A stretch of DNA of 64,000 nucleotides, taken from assembly GCA_964611285.1 (NCBI GenBank), contig CAZSZY010000001.1:1593-65592 (forward strand), written 5' to 3'. This stretch comes from an uncultured Methanosarcinales archaeon (GTDB taxonomy: Archaea > Nanobdellota > Nanobdellia > Woesearchaeales > SKGA01). Every line of letters starts with the position of its first letter. Position 1 is the stretch's first letter. This document shows positions 1 to 10,301 of the stretch, one piece after another. Below the pieces are notes generated by a model. It ran no database searches. It worked only from the letters and a program-made list of their open reading frames with translations, and was not told the origin of the DNA. The translations under genes and the position numbers were made by a program.

Positions 1-746
1 CCATCAAATGCAACAACATCTGTTTCTCCACCTGGATAATCTGGACTATTTGGTGCTAAAATATACTCATAACCATTGTATTGTTGAAGAGAAAGTCTAT
101 CAATCAAAATAAGCATGCCTTTTCCATGGTTCATGAAATCAAGGTCTACAACATCTTGCAAGCTTAAGCTTACTTGACTTCCCATACCATTATTATCTAC
201 GCTAAAGCCCACATTTTGAATGATATTGTTAAAAAGACTATCACTTTCTGCAAGACCAAAACTATTAAGTAATGTTCCAATACTATTTACTCGAACTCCT
301 TGACTATTTGCATTGACATAACTTTCTACTCCTAATTCTGAACAACGAAGTAAACCTCCCATAGTTCCTCCGAAAGATTGAAGGTCTAGATTACAATCTT
401 GCCATCCACCACCATAACGGGGAATCATTACTCCATCAAATTCAATCATATAAGGATTATAGCCAGAAACATAAAGTCCTCCTTTTGTCCAGGAAGAACC
501 TCTATTATGTAATTCTACGAGAACTTGAAAACCATTTTCGTCTCTAGAAGCTCCTTGATAATAATAAAGGTTTGGTGGTGGACTTGCTGTATCTGCAAAT
601 CTCATAAAAACACCTTGCGTGCCTTTGTAATAATCAGTATTGGATGTATCTCTGCCTAAAACAGATCCAGGGAATGCTCCTCCGTTACAAGAGCTTAAAA
701 AGAGCATTGCAATAAGCAATAATGGTAGTATTAGTCGTAGTTTCAT
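1..746 (-). CDS. Secreted surface protein, 5' part only (the ORF runs off the window start); paralog of the 797..2557 product
   Basis: Reverse-strand ATG at 746-744 opens an ORF that stays open to position 1. N-terminus MKLRLILPLLLIAMLFLSSCNGG is a Sec/lipobox-like signal, followed by a GTQG motif as in the neighbouring 586-aa protein. Confidence 0.45.
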   Translation of the reverse strand, partial: MKLRLILPLLLIAMLFLSSCNGGAFPGSVLGRDTSNTDYYKGTQGVFMRFADTASPPPNLYYYQGASRDENGFQVLVELHNRGSSWTKGGLYVSGYNPYMIEFDGVMIPRYGGGWQDCNLDLQSFGGTMGGLLRCSELGVESYVNANSQGVRVNSIGTLLNSFGLAESDSLFNNIIQNVGFSVDNNGMGSQVSLSLQDVVDLDFMNHGKGMLILIDRLSLQQYNGYEYILAPNSPDYPGGETDVVAFD

Positions 747-796
747 AGTCCTCACCTTTCGAATTGTGTATCGAGCATTTATATATTATTTGGTTA

Positions 797-2557
797 CTAT
801 TGGAAATATTGTGTAATTTGAGGCGTTACACGCACAAAATCAGCGTTTCCTTGCTTATCAATTACTTTAACGCAGATTGCTGTATCATCTTGATTATACG
901 AAGGAGACGTTGTTCTAAAATTTACTCGTTTTAAAACAGGATCATAAACACCTGCAACAATATTTTCTAGATATTTAAATTCTGGTAGATTCTTGCAATC
1001 AGGAGCTTTATTTGGTCCAACTAGTGTTGACCATGTTGCTTTTTCAACAAGTGTCCAGTACGCAATTTGTTCACAACCACAGGTTTGTTGAGGATCTTCA
1101 AACGAATTATCGTCACCATCTCTACAAGACCAAGTTAAAAATGAATCTGTAATTTCTGCTTGTTCTACTTGAGGTTTTTGATTTCTTTCGAAACATTTTG
1201 GCCATCCGCAAAAAGAACCTGGTTGACATAAATTTTTATCAATCATGCAAGAAGACGGATTTTGTCTGCAAGTTGCTTCATTTCCATAAACACAATTAAG
1301 TGCTTTCCATGCAGATTCTGTTTCTTGAACTGTTGTTCCTTGTTGAAGTATTGGCCATTTGTATGCTAAAGGATTATTTGCGGGATCATTTGTTGCCACT
1401 TCTCTAAATGGCTGTGCATTTCTAGTATCGGCATAGTATTTACAATTTGATTCGCATCGATTACCTTGATTGTCAGATATGAATGTTTCCCATGCATGAC
1501 AAAAGTCTTCATTAACAACTGTTTCTTCAAATAAGTTAAGCGGTCGTGTACGTTCAACAATAATGTTCTTTGAAATGGTGTCTGTATAAAGATAAGATAA
1601 TTCTATTCGTAAAGGCGCTAAATAATTTGAACCAACTAAGTCTATACTATTTTCTTCAAGTTTACAAACCGGCTCTGCTTCGCCTTCTCTAAGTCGCACT
1701 ATTTCTGGGAAACAAACAAGTTTATCTTGTCCTAAATAAGCATCTATTCTTAATGCGTTAACTGTTTCAGAAGTTACATCACCACAAACACCTATTAATT
1801 GTTGATCATTAATGACATCAAAGTCAGAGACTATTCCTCGACCATTATGTTCTATATGTATAACAAATTGAGGAAGTACATATGTTCCTTTTGGAACCAT
1901 GTTGGTTTCAACAGCAGTTATTGCTACTGGCGCGCCTTGTCCTTTTGAATAACTATGATCTTCTGCTTGACATACCTTTCTTCGAGGATCTATATTCTGA
2001 GGATCTTTGTCAATGCAAATATCATCTGAAAAATAAGTTTTGTAAGGATAACATGTTGTTGCATAAAACGTTGCAGTGTTTTTTTCAAAGTTTGCAACTA
2101 TTGGTTTTGCGTTAAAACTTAGAGAATCTTTTTGAGTTGCAGCATAATAAAATTCATTATCTTGACCAAATAAATAATAGTTTTCCCCATCAGGATACGA
2201 TGGCGACTTCCCATAAATTTGCAAACCAGTATAAGCGGGCTCTATGCTTTCTTCATAGTTTCCTGTTTGTTTAAGCATTTCTAATGAGTCAAATGTGATT
2301 TTGAATGATGCCGTATAATTGTCAACGATATCAAATGCGCCTTTATTTTCTACGAGGATTTGCACATCAAGCGGTGCACCTTCAAATACTTTTTCAGGAG
2401 GTGCTTGCTCTAAAAAAGATAATTTTAAACCTTGTGTTCCTGTAAAATAATCAACATCAGTAAAGCTGTATCCTCCTCTACCAAAAGGCGAACCAGACAT
2501 TGTGCAACTTGCAAGGAAAAGCGAGAAAATAACTAAAAATAATAATATTTTTTTCAT
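797..2557 (-). CDS. Large secreted (lipoprotein-like signal) Cys-rich surface protein
   Basis: 586-aa ORF. N-terminus MKKILLFLVIFSLFLASCT is a signal peptide with a lipobox-like Cys. There are many Cys pairs, I recognise no enzymatic motif, and it is a paralog of the upstream partial ORF. Confidence 0.5.
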   Translation of the reverse strand: MKKILLFLVIFSLFLASCTMSGSPFGRGGYSFTDVDYFTGTQGLKLSFLEQAPPEKVFEGAPLDVQILVENKGAFDIVDNYTASFKITFDSLEMLKQTGNYEESIEPAYTGLQIYGKSPSYPDGENYYLFGQDNEFYYAATQKDSLSFNAKPIVANFEKNTATFYATTCYPYKTYFSDDICIDKDPQNIDPRRKVCQAEDHSYSKGQGAPVAITAVETNMVPKGTYVLPQFVIHIEHNGRGIVSDFDVINDQQLIGVCGDVTSETVNALRIDAYLGQDKLVCFPEIVRLREGEAEPVCKLEENSIDLVGSNYLAPLRIELSYLYTDTISKNIIVERTRPLNLFEETVVNEDFCHAWETFISDNQGNRCESNCKYYADTRNAQPFREVATNDPANNPLAYKWPILQQGTTVQETESAWKALNCVYGNEATCRQNPSSCMIDKNLCQPGSFCGWPKCFERNQKPQVEQAEITDSFLTWSCRDGDDNSFEDPQQTCGCEQIAYWTLVEKATWSTLVGPNKAPDCKNLPEFKYLENIVAGVYDPVLKRVNFRTTSPSYNQDDTAICVKVIDKQGNADFVRVTPQITQYFQ

Positions 2558-4806
2558 GCTTCTACCCTCACTACAACTGATTTTTGTATGCTATATTCAT
2601 AATCAACAGTCAATAACATAGTGGTTTTACTCCAGTCAACACCTCGCGGGAAAAATACATTTACATAATTCTTATCTACAGAAACATCGCATTCTATGGT
2701 GGTAAAAATTTCCCATGCTTTAAAGTCATCTAAAATATTGTAAATCCATCTACCTTCTTCAGACATTGGTTGTAAATCCATTCCTGGTGCAAAATTACAA
2801 TTTGAAAGAGCCAATCCTTCAGGCATGTTAAATTGTGCCTCTGTTACTCGCTCTATTTTTTGTATGCCACCAGTTTCATCATTTGATTTTTGTAATTGAA
2901 ATTTGATTTTATGAATTCTACTAGGGTTATCATCTTGTATGCCTTCTACATCTATAGCCATTGGCATTTTCAAAATATTAGCTCCCATTTCTTTTGTATT
3001 AGAAACACCAATTTGTATAGGACCAGCACTCGTGATTGCTTTTGTTTCCTCACTGAGAAGGTCGTTAATATTTGTTGTTTTTCCGGAATCTTTTTCTTGT
3101 ACTAAAAGGACGTTTTCAAAATCAGAAGATATGAGTTTAATAGGTAATCTCAGAGTTGAGCGATAGTTATAGACTGCTTTGACATCAACATTATGTGAAC
3201 CTGGAGGTAGTCGCTGAAAAATACAACTTACTCTTGGGAAAAAACTTGCTGTAACTTCCACAGGATAACTAGGGTCAATAATTCCCATGTACGTTCCTGT
3301 TCGACAACTTGTTGAGATACTTATGGGTTCGTAGGAGTTTGCTTGATAGTCAATATCTATTTGTATGGGCTCTGTCGAGTAAAATATTTCTTTGAGAGGG
3401 TCAGGATTTTCCATCGTTACTCCCATGAACTTATACGTCGATTCAGTTTCTCCTTCAGGCAAAAATTCTCCTTCTCCTTTAAGTCGTTGTTCTGTTATCC
3501 AAAGCTGTACTTTTTCAAGAAGATTTGCATTTTCCCAATTTGCATCTCGCTCTGCTTTTGTTTGTTGCATATCGGCTTGAGCCCTATCACTTCCTAGATA
3601 AGGAATGAATGAAAAACTAGTAAGTATTAGAATTGCTATAATCATTGTTGCAGCAATTGTTCGAGAGGAAACAATATCCATAGATTTCAGAACGAAAAGA
3701 ATACTAAATAATGCAAAGAGAGCCATGACAATAACAGTATTGCCTTTAAAGAATTGGGCAAGGAACTCATTTGCTTTAAGCATTAAACTAAGAATTACAT
3801 TTAATGCCATAAACATAAGTAGACCAAACATTTCTTTTTGTTCAAGCACTCCTAATTTTGTTCCTAAAAGTAAAAGTAACGCAATAACAATTATTACGGG
3901 AAGTGATGACATCATATGTGTTTCTGAGAATGCACCTATTCCAAATGGTCCTGCAACAGCAATACCAATAAAAAAGAGTAAAAAAACTAGTTTTTGATTT
4001 TCTGCTGCAAGTCCACTAAAGTGTCCTCGTATTCTTGCTAAACGTTTTTTTAATTTATCTCGTTCATTTGCTTCAACAATAGCTATTTTATGATCATAAT
4101 CTTGTCGTACTCGCTCTATTTTTCCAGGTAGTTTTTCTTCCCATGCTTTACGAAGTTGTGCTGGAGGACCCCATTTTGCTAAAAGTATTTCTGGTGCTAA
4201 ATCTGCAAAGTTTCCGAATACAGGAATCATACCTATGGCCATATCCACTACTAAAAAAATAAGGATTTTGATGTAAGCCATTAAATCAAAAAGTAAAAGA
4301 CAAGGTATAAACCAAAATACTGCTGAAACAAAAAATGAAATTATATCTCCTACAAAAGGAATCCATCCAAGAGCAAAATCAACAGCGCCCATCAAGTATA
4401 AAGAAATATTGCTCATGAAAAAACTATAAGGAAAAGGAGGACTACCTGAACGCATCTTTTCTATTTTTGCGTCACACTGTTGTTTGAGCTTTTCAATTTT
4501 TGCTCTTTTTTCTTCATTTACTTTTGTTGTTTCTTCTGTTTCTTCTTTTTGCTCTTCTTGTTCTTTTTCTAATCGCTCGTTTTCTTTTTCTTGAGCTTCT
4601 TCTGCTGCAGAATTATCTTGGGGAGGAGAACGAGTTGTTGAAGCAACTACTGGCGCAACCACTACGGGCTCAGGTGCTTCTACAGGTGTTGCTTTTTCAG
4701 TAAGTTTATCAGAAAGTTTTCCAAGAGCTTTTTCACCAAGAGCAGCAACACCTTCTTCAAGTGCTTTCTTTCCTTTGGATCCTAAACCTGAAAATTTACC
4801 TGGCAT
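2554..4806 (-). CDS. Membrane protein with an N-terminal Glu/Lys-rich coiled-coil, a polytopic TM core and a large C-terminal extracytoplasmic domain
   Basis: 750-aa ORF whose stop overlaps the start of the 797..2557 gene. It has a low-complexity EEQKEETEE segment and 6-8 predicted hydrophobic helices in the central region. Confidence 0.45.
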   Translation of the reverse strand: MPGKFSGLGSKGKKALEEGVAALGEKALGKLSDKLTEKATPVEAPEPVVVAPVVASTTRSPPQDNSAAEEAQEKENERLEKEQEEQKEETEETTKVNEEKRAKIEKLKQQCDAKIEKMRSGSPPFPYSFFMSNISLYLMGAVDFALGWIPFVGDIISFFVSAVFWFIPCLLLFDLMAYIKILIFLVVDMAIGMIPVFGNFADLAPEILLAKWGPPAQLRKAWEEKLPGKIERVRQDYDHKIAIVEANERDKLKKRLARIRGHFSGLAAENQKLVFLLFFIGIAVAGPFGIGAFSETHMMSSLPVIIVIALLLLLGTKLGVLEQKEMFGLLMFMALNVILSLMLKANEFLAQFFKGNTVIVMALFALFSILFVLKSMDIVSSRTIAATMIIAILILTSFSFIPYLGSDRAQADMQQTKAERDANWENANLLEKVQLWITEQRLKGEGEFLPEGETESTYKFMGVTMENPDPLKEIFYSTEPIQIDIDYQANSYEPISISTSCRTGTYMGIIDPSYPVEVTASFFPRVSCIFQRLPPGSHNVDVKAVYNYRSTLRLPIKLISSDFENVLLVQEKDSGKTTNINDLLSEETKAITSAGPIQIGVSNTKEMGANILKMPMAIDVEGIQDDNPSRIHKIKFQLQKSNDETGGIQKIERVTEAQFNMPEGLALSNCNFAPGMDLQPMSEEGRWIYNILDDFKAWEIFTTIECDVSVDKNYVNVFFPRGVDWSKTTMLLTVDYEYSIQKSVVVRVEA

Positions 4807-4842
4807 ACACGTTCCTCTTTTTTGTTAAGTAATTATTCAAAA

Positions 4843-6546
4843 TTACTCTACAGTTATTTTTATTTGTGAGATGGTTACATCTCGTTGCGGTTCTATAATG
4901 AGAGAATTCGTTCCCTCTCGAACATATGGATTAATAATTTTTTTAACTCGAGAGTTATAGGTATTTACAGGCAATACACCTTCGCCGTTGAAGTTAAAAT
5001 TTACTTTTTTGTAAGAGTCATCTACAAAAAACATTTCTAAAAAGATATTAACTCCTGCTTTTAATTCTAGCTCTCCAGGTTCATCAGTAAATGTTGATGG
5101 ACAATTTGGTCTTTTTCTGTCTTCATCAATATATCCATCTGGACAAGCATCACATTCTGCAGAGGTAACTGCCGTTGTACAAATATCATCTACGCCAGTA
5201 TAAGGTACGTCAGCACACCAAAAAGTATTAGGTATTTCAAAGCAACAATCTTTATCATAATCGGCATGACAATTTGATGGGCAAATGCCATCAGTATCGT
5301 CGCCACATCGATTTTTACCATCTTCGTTTGGTTCTCCTTGATAGTCTTCATAGCCACTTGGACAACGATTAGCATAGCTTGCTAACACCATGTTTACACA
5401 TCGGTCTCGAGCATTATCTGTTTTAAAATCGCACCAATAATTATTTCTTGATTCTTTAAAGCAACAATCTTTGTCTTGATAACTGTCACAACCATTTGGA
5501 CAAACACCATCAACTCCTCCACAAAATTCATTATCTTCATCGACTCCGACAAAAAGATCTTCATCTAGTTTAAAATAATAAATCGGATATTCTGGGTCTG
5601 CGAGTTCAACATTAAGATTTACCTGATCAATAATGTAAGAACCATATTCAGAAACGAATTCTAGAGTGTTTTCGCCCGAACGAAGTGTTTCTTTTCCTAA
5701 GGAAACATGATTTTTAAGTCCGCAGTCAGGGATTCCATTGAAAATAGTTTCTCCATTAACCATAATATCAATTTTTCCTACGTTGACATTATCACAGTCT
5801 GGGAAAAAATCTAAAACTGCTTTTTCCATAGTATCATATTCTTTTGAGACGATGAAGAATTTTTGCATATTCATACTGTGAGAAGAATCAGTAATATCGC
5901 CTACAATTCTTAGATTTTGTAGTTCATACTCATTCACTCTCCAGAATGCAAAACCTGGACTTGAAACAGTAAAGTACAACACGTTATCGCTCTTCAAGTA
6001 ATCTTGAGGTAGTGCTATTGGTGTTGGTGTTCCTGTTTCGAGTGTTCCTTCAAAGAGTTGTAAGCCATTGAGGTATATTTTCAAAACACCTGCTGGTCTA
6101 TAGACATTAAATGAGAGATAAACCCGCTCTGTTGCGTATTTATCCACTGAGAAAGTAATTTCTTGTGCTTGTTTGTCAAATGCAGAGTTTTTAACATAAA
6201 GTGAGGCCACATTTTGTATGAGATTAGCATCCGTATCAGTATATATCGTAAAACTAGTGAGCGAGTGCTCTATTTCTGAATCTTTTATGTAGTTTATTTG
6301 TCCAACTTGTGTTGAAAGTGGTGTTGTTCCAATGAGATGTGAGTACCCAGTTGAACTTGCTTGTGGCGTTCCAGGAATTGCTTCATCGTTAAGCAGAGCT
6401 TCTCTTTCTTCCGGTGGAAGAAAAAGTATGTAAAAGATTACAATCAGCGTGATGAGAAGAACTAACAGCGCTGCACCACCAGCCCCTACAACTGTGTGGG
6501 CCTGTCCTTTTCGTTGAGTAGAGAATAGACTAGTCATATCATTCAT
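4843..6546 (-). CDS. Surface protein with an N-terminal signal anchor (possibly a class III/pilin-like signal, RKGQ followed by a hydrophobic stretch) and two tandem Cys-rich modules
   Basis: 567-aa ORF. N-terminus is ...QRKGQAHTVVGAGGAALLVLLITLIVIF. Two repeats, GVDGVCPNGCDSYQDKDCCF and TDGICPSNCHADYDKDCCF, each follow the pattern DGxCPxxCxxxYDKDCCF. Confidence 0.45.
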   Translation of the reverse strand: MNDMTSLFSTQRKGQAHTVVGAGGAALLVLLITLIVIFYILFLPPEEREALLNDEAIPGTPQASSTGYSHLIGTTPLSTQVGQINYIKDSEIEHSLTSFTIYTDTDANLIQNVASLYVKNSAFDKQAQEITFSVDKYATERVYLSFNVYRPAGVLKIYLNGLQLFEGTLETGTPTPIALPQDYLKSDNVLYFTVSSPGFAFWRVNEYELQNLRIVGDITDSSHSMNMQKFFIVSKEYDTMEKAVLDFFPDCDNVNVGKIDIMVNGETIFNGIPDCGLKNHVSLGKETLRSGENTLEFVSEYGSYIIDQVNLNVELADPEYPIYYFKLDEDLFVGVDEDNEFCGGVDGVCPNGCDSYQDKDCCFKESRNNYWCDFKTDNARDRCVNMVLASYANRCPSGYEDYQGEPNEDGKNRCGDDTDGICPSNCHADYDKDCCFEIPNTFWCADVPYTGVDDICTTAVTSAECDACPDGYIDEDRKRPNCPSTFTDEPGELELKAGVNIFLEMFFVDDSYKKVNFNFNGEGVLPVNTYNSRVKKIINPYVREGTNSLIIEPQRDVTISQIKITVE

Positions 6547-6560
6547 TCTAGGAGAGACAG

Positions 6561-6575
6561 TATTTAAAGGTTTCG
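6561..6575 (-). promoter_or_regulatory. BRE/TATA promoter element (cgaaacc-tttaaata on the minus strand) for the 4843..6546 gene
   Basis: tttaaata lies about 14-23 nt upstream of the first ATG codons. The identical 15-mer recurs at 19321..19335 in another upstream region. Confidence 0.4.
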
Positions 6576-6622
6576 CGCCAAATAAAGAAGTTCATTTATA
6601 AAGAAACTAAAAAGAATGCAAC

Positions 6623-7720
6623 TTAAGGCAACCACGTTTTTTTATTTGCAATTTTTTCTGGCAAATATTTGTCCATAACCATATTTAGCCCGTGTGCTGC
6701 AAATGCCTGCTGCTCTACACGAATTTTCTCTTTGGCCATTTTTTGCAAGGCTTTTTGCCACTCTTTATGGTCTTTAAAGAAAGGATCATTTTTGAGCATA
6801 TCTTTAATTTTCTTTAGGTCAATTTCCTTAAGTGGATGCGTTGGTAATTTATAATCCTCAATATCCTGAGGTGTTACGCCAATAAACGTTGCTTTTGGTA
6901 CACAAAAAAACTCATTAATGTGCGCTGCATTCCCACTTCCAACTTTGAGTGTTCGATAAATATTTCCATACCCATATGGATCTCCGTCCGTAAATACATA
7001 AACAGGTAGTTTTTGTTCATCAGAAAGTTTTCTAATAAACCGTCGACAAGCTCGCGTCGGCACACCACTCATAGCAACAAGTATACAATTCGCTTTTTGC
7101 CAATATTTATGTTTGTTCAAACGCTCAAACGCACCTTGTGTTTCTATTGCTAAAACAAACTTTGCTTTTGTTTCAAATTTTAAATGTTCAACTGATGAGG
7201 GAATAGAATATGCACCACTTCCAAATTTTGTGCAATCAATTTTAAGTTCTTTTTTTGTTTCAAAGTCAACATCAATTACAGTAAGTGCTCCTGCAACTGC
7301 ACCACCATGATCGCCAGGAACAAAACCCATTTTTTCCCTGTTAACATGAAGCATTGCTTCAATGTCATCCATAACACTATCTGATTCTGGTTGCTCACTA
7401 AATCGTGCATCGCCCCAGTTTTTAGAAACATAGTAGGCCTCTCTTTTTGTTGCACTGTCATCACTTTGTAAAAGCTCTTTTGATAATGCCATCATACGAA
7501 GCGTTTGTGCAAATGTTTTTATTGTGGTTGCAGTGAGAGAGCGCTCTTTCACCTTGTTTTGGATTTTAAAATAACCTTCTTTTTTGTCAAATTCGACATT
7601 ACTTAATGATCGTACAGGTGTTGTCATAACAGGAGGTTTTTTCTTTTTGACTGCTTGATAAATATTATTAGCTACAACTTTAATTTTATTTTCTACTTCT
7701 TTGTTTTCTTTAGCAGTCAT
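6623..7720 (-). CDS. top6A: DNA topoisomerase VI subunit A (Spo11/Top6A family)
   Basis: 365 aa with a winged-helix/Toprim layout. Top6A-like segments (YGNIYRTLKV, DGDPYGY-like Toprim acidic cluster) are present, and it sits immediately downstream of Top6B. Confidence 0.8.
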   Translation of the reverse strand: MTAKENKEVENKIKVVANNIYQAVKKKKPPVMTTPVRSLSNVEFDKKEGYFKIQNKVKERSLTATTIKTFAQTLRMMALSKELLQSDDSATKREAYYVSKNWGDARFSEQPESDSVMDDIEAMLHVNREKMGFVPGDHGGAVAGALTVIDVDFETKKELKIDCTKFGSGAYSIPSSVEHLKFETKAKFVLAIETQGAFERLNKHKYWQKANCILVAMSGVPTRACRRFIRKLSDEQKLPVYVFTDGDPYGYGNIYRTLKVGSGNAAHINEFFCVPKATFIGVTPQDIEDYKLPTHPLKEIDLKKIKDMLKNDPFFKDHKEWQKALQKMAKEKIRVEQQAFAAHGLNMVMDKYLPEKIANKKTWLP

Positions 7721-7722
7721 AA

Positions 7723-9411
7723 TTAATCATCCTCCTTTTTGTTTTCATTATTTTCATCGTCTGTTTCGTCTTCACCATCGCTCTTTTCATCTTTTCCAAT
7801 CTTGGCCCATTTTTCGTCAAACTCTTTATTCTTTGTTGGATCAAATTCAACGTCATCAACTTCTCCACGTTTATCTTCAAGAATCATTCCAAGTTTTTTA
7901 ATAATTTCTTCTTCGTCTGCTTTATCTAAACCAAGTAGTTCGGCTAGACCTATCGCAACGTGCGACATATATTTTTGAATGTAACTTCGTTTTTTAAGCT
8001 CTGTTTTAACTCGTGATTTTTTTGCAGTATATTTTGCAAGACTTCGTCCTGCTTCTTGAAGTGCTTTCTTTATTTCGTCGAGTATTTCTGGATAATGTGC
8101 TATTGCTTCTTTACTTTCACTGGTAAATGGAACCCACACTGAAGAAATATGTACCAGAATAGTCAGTGGCCCAACTGGTAGATTGCCAGATGACTGATTT
8201 AGGCCGTATGGTTTCCAATTTAAGCTTTGTATTGCTTTGGTAACTCCGCACGCTCCTTGTTGAAAGAGAAGTGGTACTCTGTTTGCAAATCGCATAACAT
8301 TTGCTGATTTATCTTTTGGTTGAAAGCCACCATAAGCAAGCGCTACTTCTATTTGAAATGGATTTCCTCTATATACGGCTGGTGATCGAGAGACTGTTGT
8401 ATAAAATTCTGCATTAATTTCTTTCTTTATTCCTTTTTCTAATAGCTCTGCAGTAATTGGAGAAATACAATCAGGAGATGGTGTTTGAATTTTTATTTCG
8501 TTAATTGCCTTAATTATTTTTTCTGCTTCTGCAGGACCCATTTTTTTAGGTTTCGCATTTGGAAGAATTCTTGCATGTTCTGCAATTTCTTTTGCAACCC
8601 GAAGACTTACTTTACTAAATTCTGTTGTCATAAATTGTTGGAATGTTTTTGCTTCAGTCATCTCCATCATTTTCATAAAGACGCCAAGCTCCACACCATA
8701 AGGATGTGGTTTTATTTCTTCAGCTTCCTTTGGTTTTCGTTCTGTTGCTCGCGGAAAAATAAATTGTTCTGCTTTTGGATTGGTATAAATAATGGTGACG
8801 TGCGGATTAACTACAGCTGTTTCTTTTAAGTATTCATCAACACTTTGACCTCCTCGTTGATAACTTCCTTCAAGATCAATCTCTATTTTTGTACCATGAT
8901 CTTTTGACCATTCTTTTACTTCTTCTTTTAGAATTTCGGGTTTATTTTTTTCAGTATCTATTTTGAGTTCACAATAATAAGCTGGTTCACCAGCACCTAT
9001 TTTTGAAATTATTCTTGCAGCCCGTCCTGTTGTAAGTTGGCCGTACATAACACTTGCACTAATTCCAATACCTTGTTGTCCTCGGCTCTGCTTTAAACTA
9101 TGAAATTTACTTCCATAGAGAAGTTTTGCAAAAATGCTTGGTACTTGTTTTCGAACTATACCAGGACCATTGTCTTCAATGATGACTCGAAATCTATCAT
9201 TATTCATATCAATTATTTCAACACTTATTTCAGGAAGAACGCCTGCTTCTTCACATGCATCTAAACTATTATCCACTGCTTCTTTTATAGTGGTAAGAAG
9301 TGCTTTTCGTTTGTTGTCAAAACCGAGTAAGTGTCTGTTTCGAGCAAAGAATTCTGCAACACCAATATCTCTTTGTTTGGTTGCTAGTTCGTGTGCCTTA
9401 TGTTCTGCCAT
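7723..9411 (-). CDS. top6B: DNA topoisomerase VI subunit B (GHKL ATPase)
   Basis: 562 aa. N-terminal Bergerat ATPase fold motifs are present (IEDNGPGI, GQQGIGIS), there is an acidic C-terminal tail, and the gene is contiguous with top6A. Confidence 0.8.
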   Translation of the reverse strand: MAEHKAHELATKQRDIGVAEFFARNRHLLGFDNKRKALLTTIKEAVDNSLDACEEAGVLPEISVEIIDMNNDRFRVIIEDNGPGIVRKQVPSIFAKLLYGSKFHSLKQSRGQQGIGISASVMYGQLTTGRAARIISKIGAGEPAYYCELKIDTEKNKPEILKEEVKEWSKDHGTKIEIDLEGSYQRGGQSVDEYLKETAVVNPHVTIIYTNPKAEQFIFPRATERKPKEAEEIKPHPYGVELGVFMKMMEMTEAKTFQQFMTTEFSKVSLRVAKEIAEHARILPNAKPKKMGPAEAEKIIKAINEIKIQTPSPDCISPITAELLEKGIKKEINAEFYTTVSRSPAVYRGNPFQIEVALAYGGFQPKDKSANVMRFANRVPLLFQQGACGVTKAIQSLNWKPYGLNQSSGNLPVGPLTILVHISSVWVPFTSESKEAIAHYPEILDEIKKALQEAGRSLAKYTAKKSRVKTELKKRSYIQKYMSHVAIGLAELLGLDKADEEEIIKKLGMILEDKRGEVDDVEFDPTKNKEFDEKWAKIGKDEKSDGEDETDDENNENKKEDD

Positions 9412-9457
9412 GGGCGTTAGTAAGAAGAAGTCGTTTTTTAAAGTTTTGTATGTTTAG

Positions 9458-10252
9458 CTAGATACTCAAGCAAGCATTTTTGTTTTCATCAAGGACTAAT
9501 TCACTACAAAAAGTGGTTTCTCCAGCTATAATGAAGGTCATATAGCAATTATCTTTCTGTTCAATTGAAGTTATTTCTTGGCAGAGATTTGGATCATTGT
9601 ACGTTTCTGAAGTAACTTGGTAACAAATATCTCTTTTATTTTCATCTATAACTTCTTGACAAAGCCCTGTCGCTGTTTCTTTGTCTTCCGCTCGTAGCGC
9701 CAATAATAAAGCTGAATCTTTTCTTATTTCGTCTAGAGAAGGCGGCCCCATTTCTGTTTGTTCAAAAACAGGTCGATCTGATGTATTAACGTGTAATTCC
9801 GTCAAATCATCAACTAAAGGTATTTCTCCGCTAGGGGTATTAAATAAATATGCTAAGACTAGAATAAAAAGAACTATTGGCAAAATCATTATTATAGCTA
9901 TGGCGTCGGGTTTTTTCCATTTTTTCCCTGGTTTATGTTCTTTATCTTCGAAATGCTCCGATCCTATTTGTTTAAAAGTTTTATCTAATATTTTCTTTGA
10001 ATATCCTTCATCTTTAAGAGAAGAATATAATTGTTCTGCTTTATATCCTTGAGAAATATAACTTTCAACATAGTCTTTTAAGTCTGGTTGCTCTTTTTCG
10101 AGATGATCATGAGTTATTTCAGCAAATGCTGCAGCTATCATTTCTTTATTATAACCGTGATCTGCTAAATGTTCTTTGAGTTGCGCTCTAGAATAACCTT
10201 TCTGTAACTGCTCAATAATATAGTTTGCTAGCTCACTCACCATTCTTTTCAA
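9458..10252 (-). CDS. Hypothetical single-pass membrane protein with three ~30-aa N-terminal repeats and a Cys-containing C-terminal domain
   Basis: 264 aa. Repeats follow the pattern GY..(A/K)QL...L.D.GY.K..I. A central TM helix is IAIIMILPIVLFILVLAYLF. Confidence 0.35.
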   Translation of the reverse strand: MKRMVSELANYIIEQLQKGYSRAQLKEHLADHGYNKEMIAAAFAEITHDHLEKEQPDLKDYVESYISQGYKAEQLYSSLKDEGYSKKILDKTFKQIGSEHFEDKEHKPGKKWKKPDAIAIIMILPIVLFILVLAYLFNTPSGEIPLVDDLTELHVNTSDRPVFEQTEMGPPSLDEIRKDSALLLALRAEDKETATGLCQEVIDENKRDICYQVTSETYNDPNLCQEITSIEQKDNCYMTFIIAGETTFCSELVLDENKNACLSI

Positions 10253-10301
10253 TCATCTTTAAAGAAAAGAAGTTTTTAAACGTTTGGTTGAGAAGATCGC
10301 T

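Noticed and set aside
4500-4620. Low-complexity purine/pyrimidine-skewed DNA repeats (ttcttc/ttgttc runs)
   Set aside because: They are in frame within the 750-aa gene and encode a Glu/Lys-rich coiled-coil (EEQKEETEET). This is not a CRISPR array or a non-coding repeat
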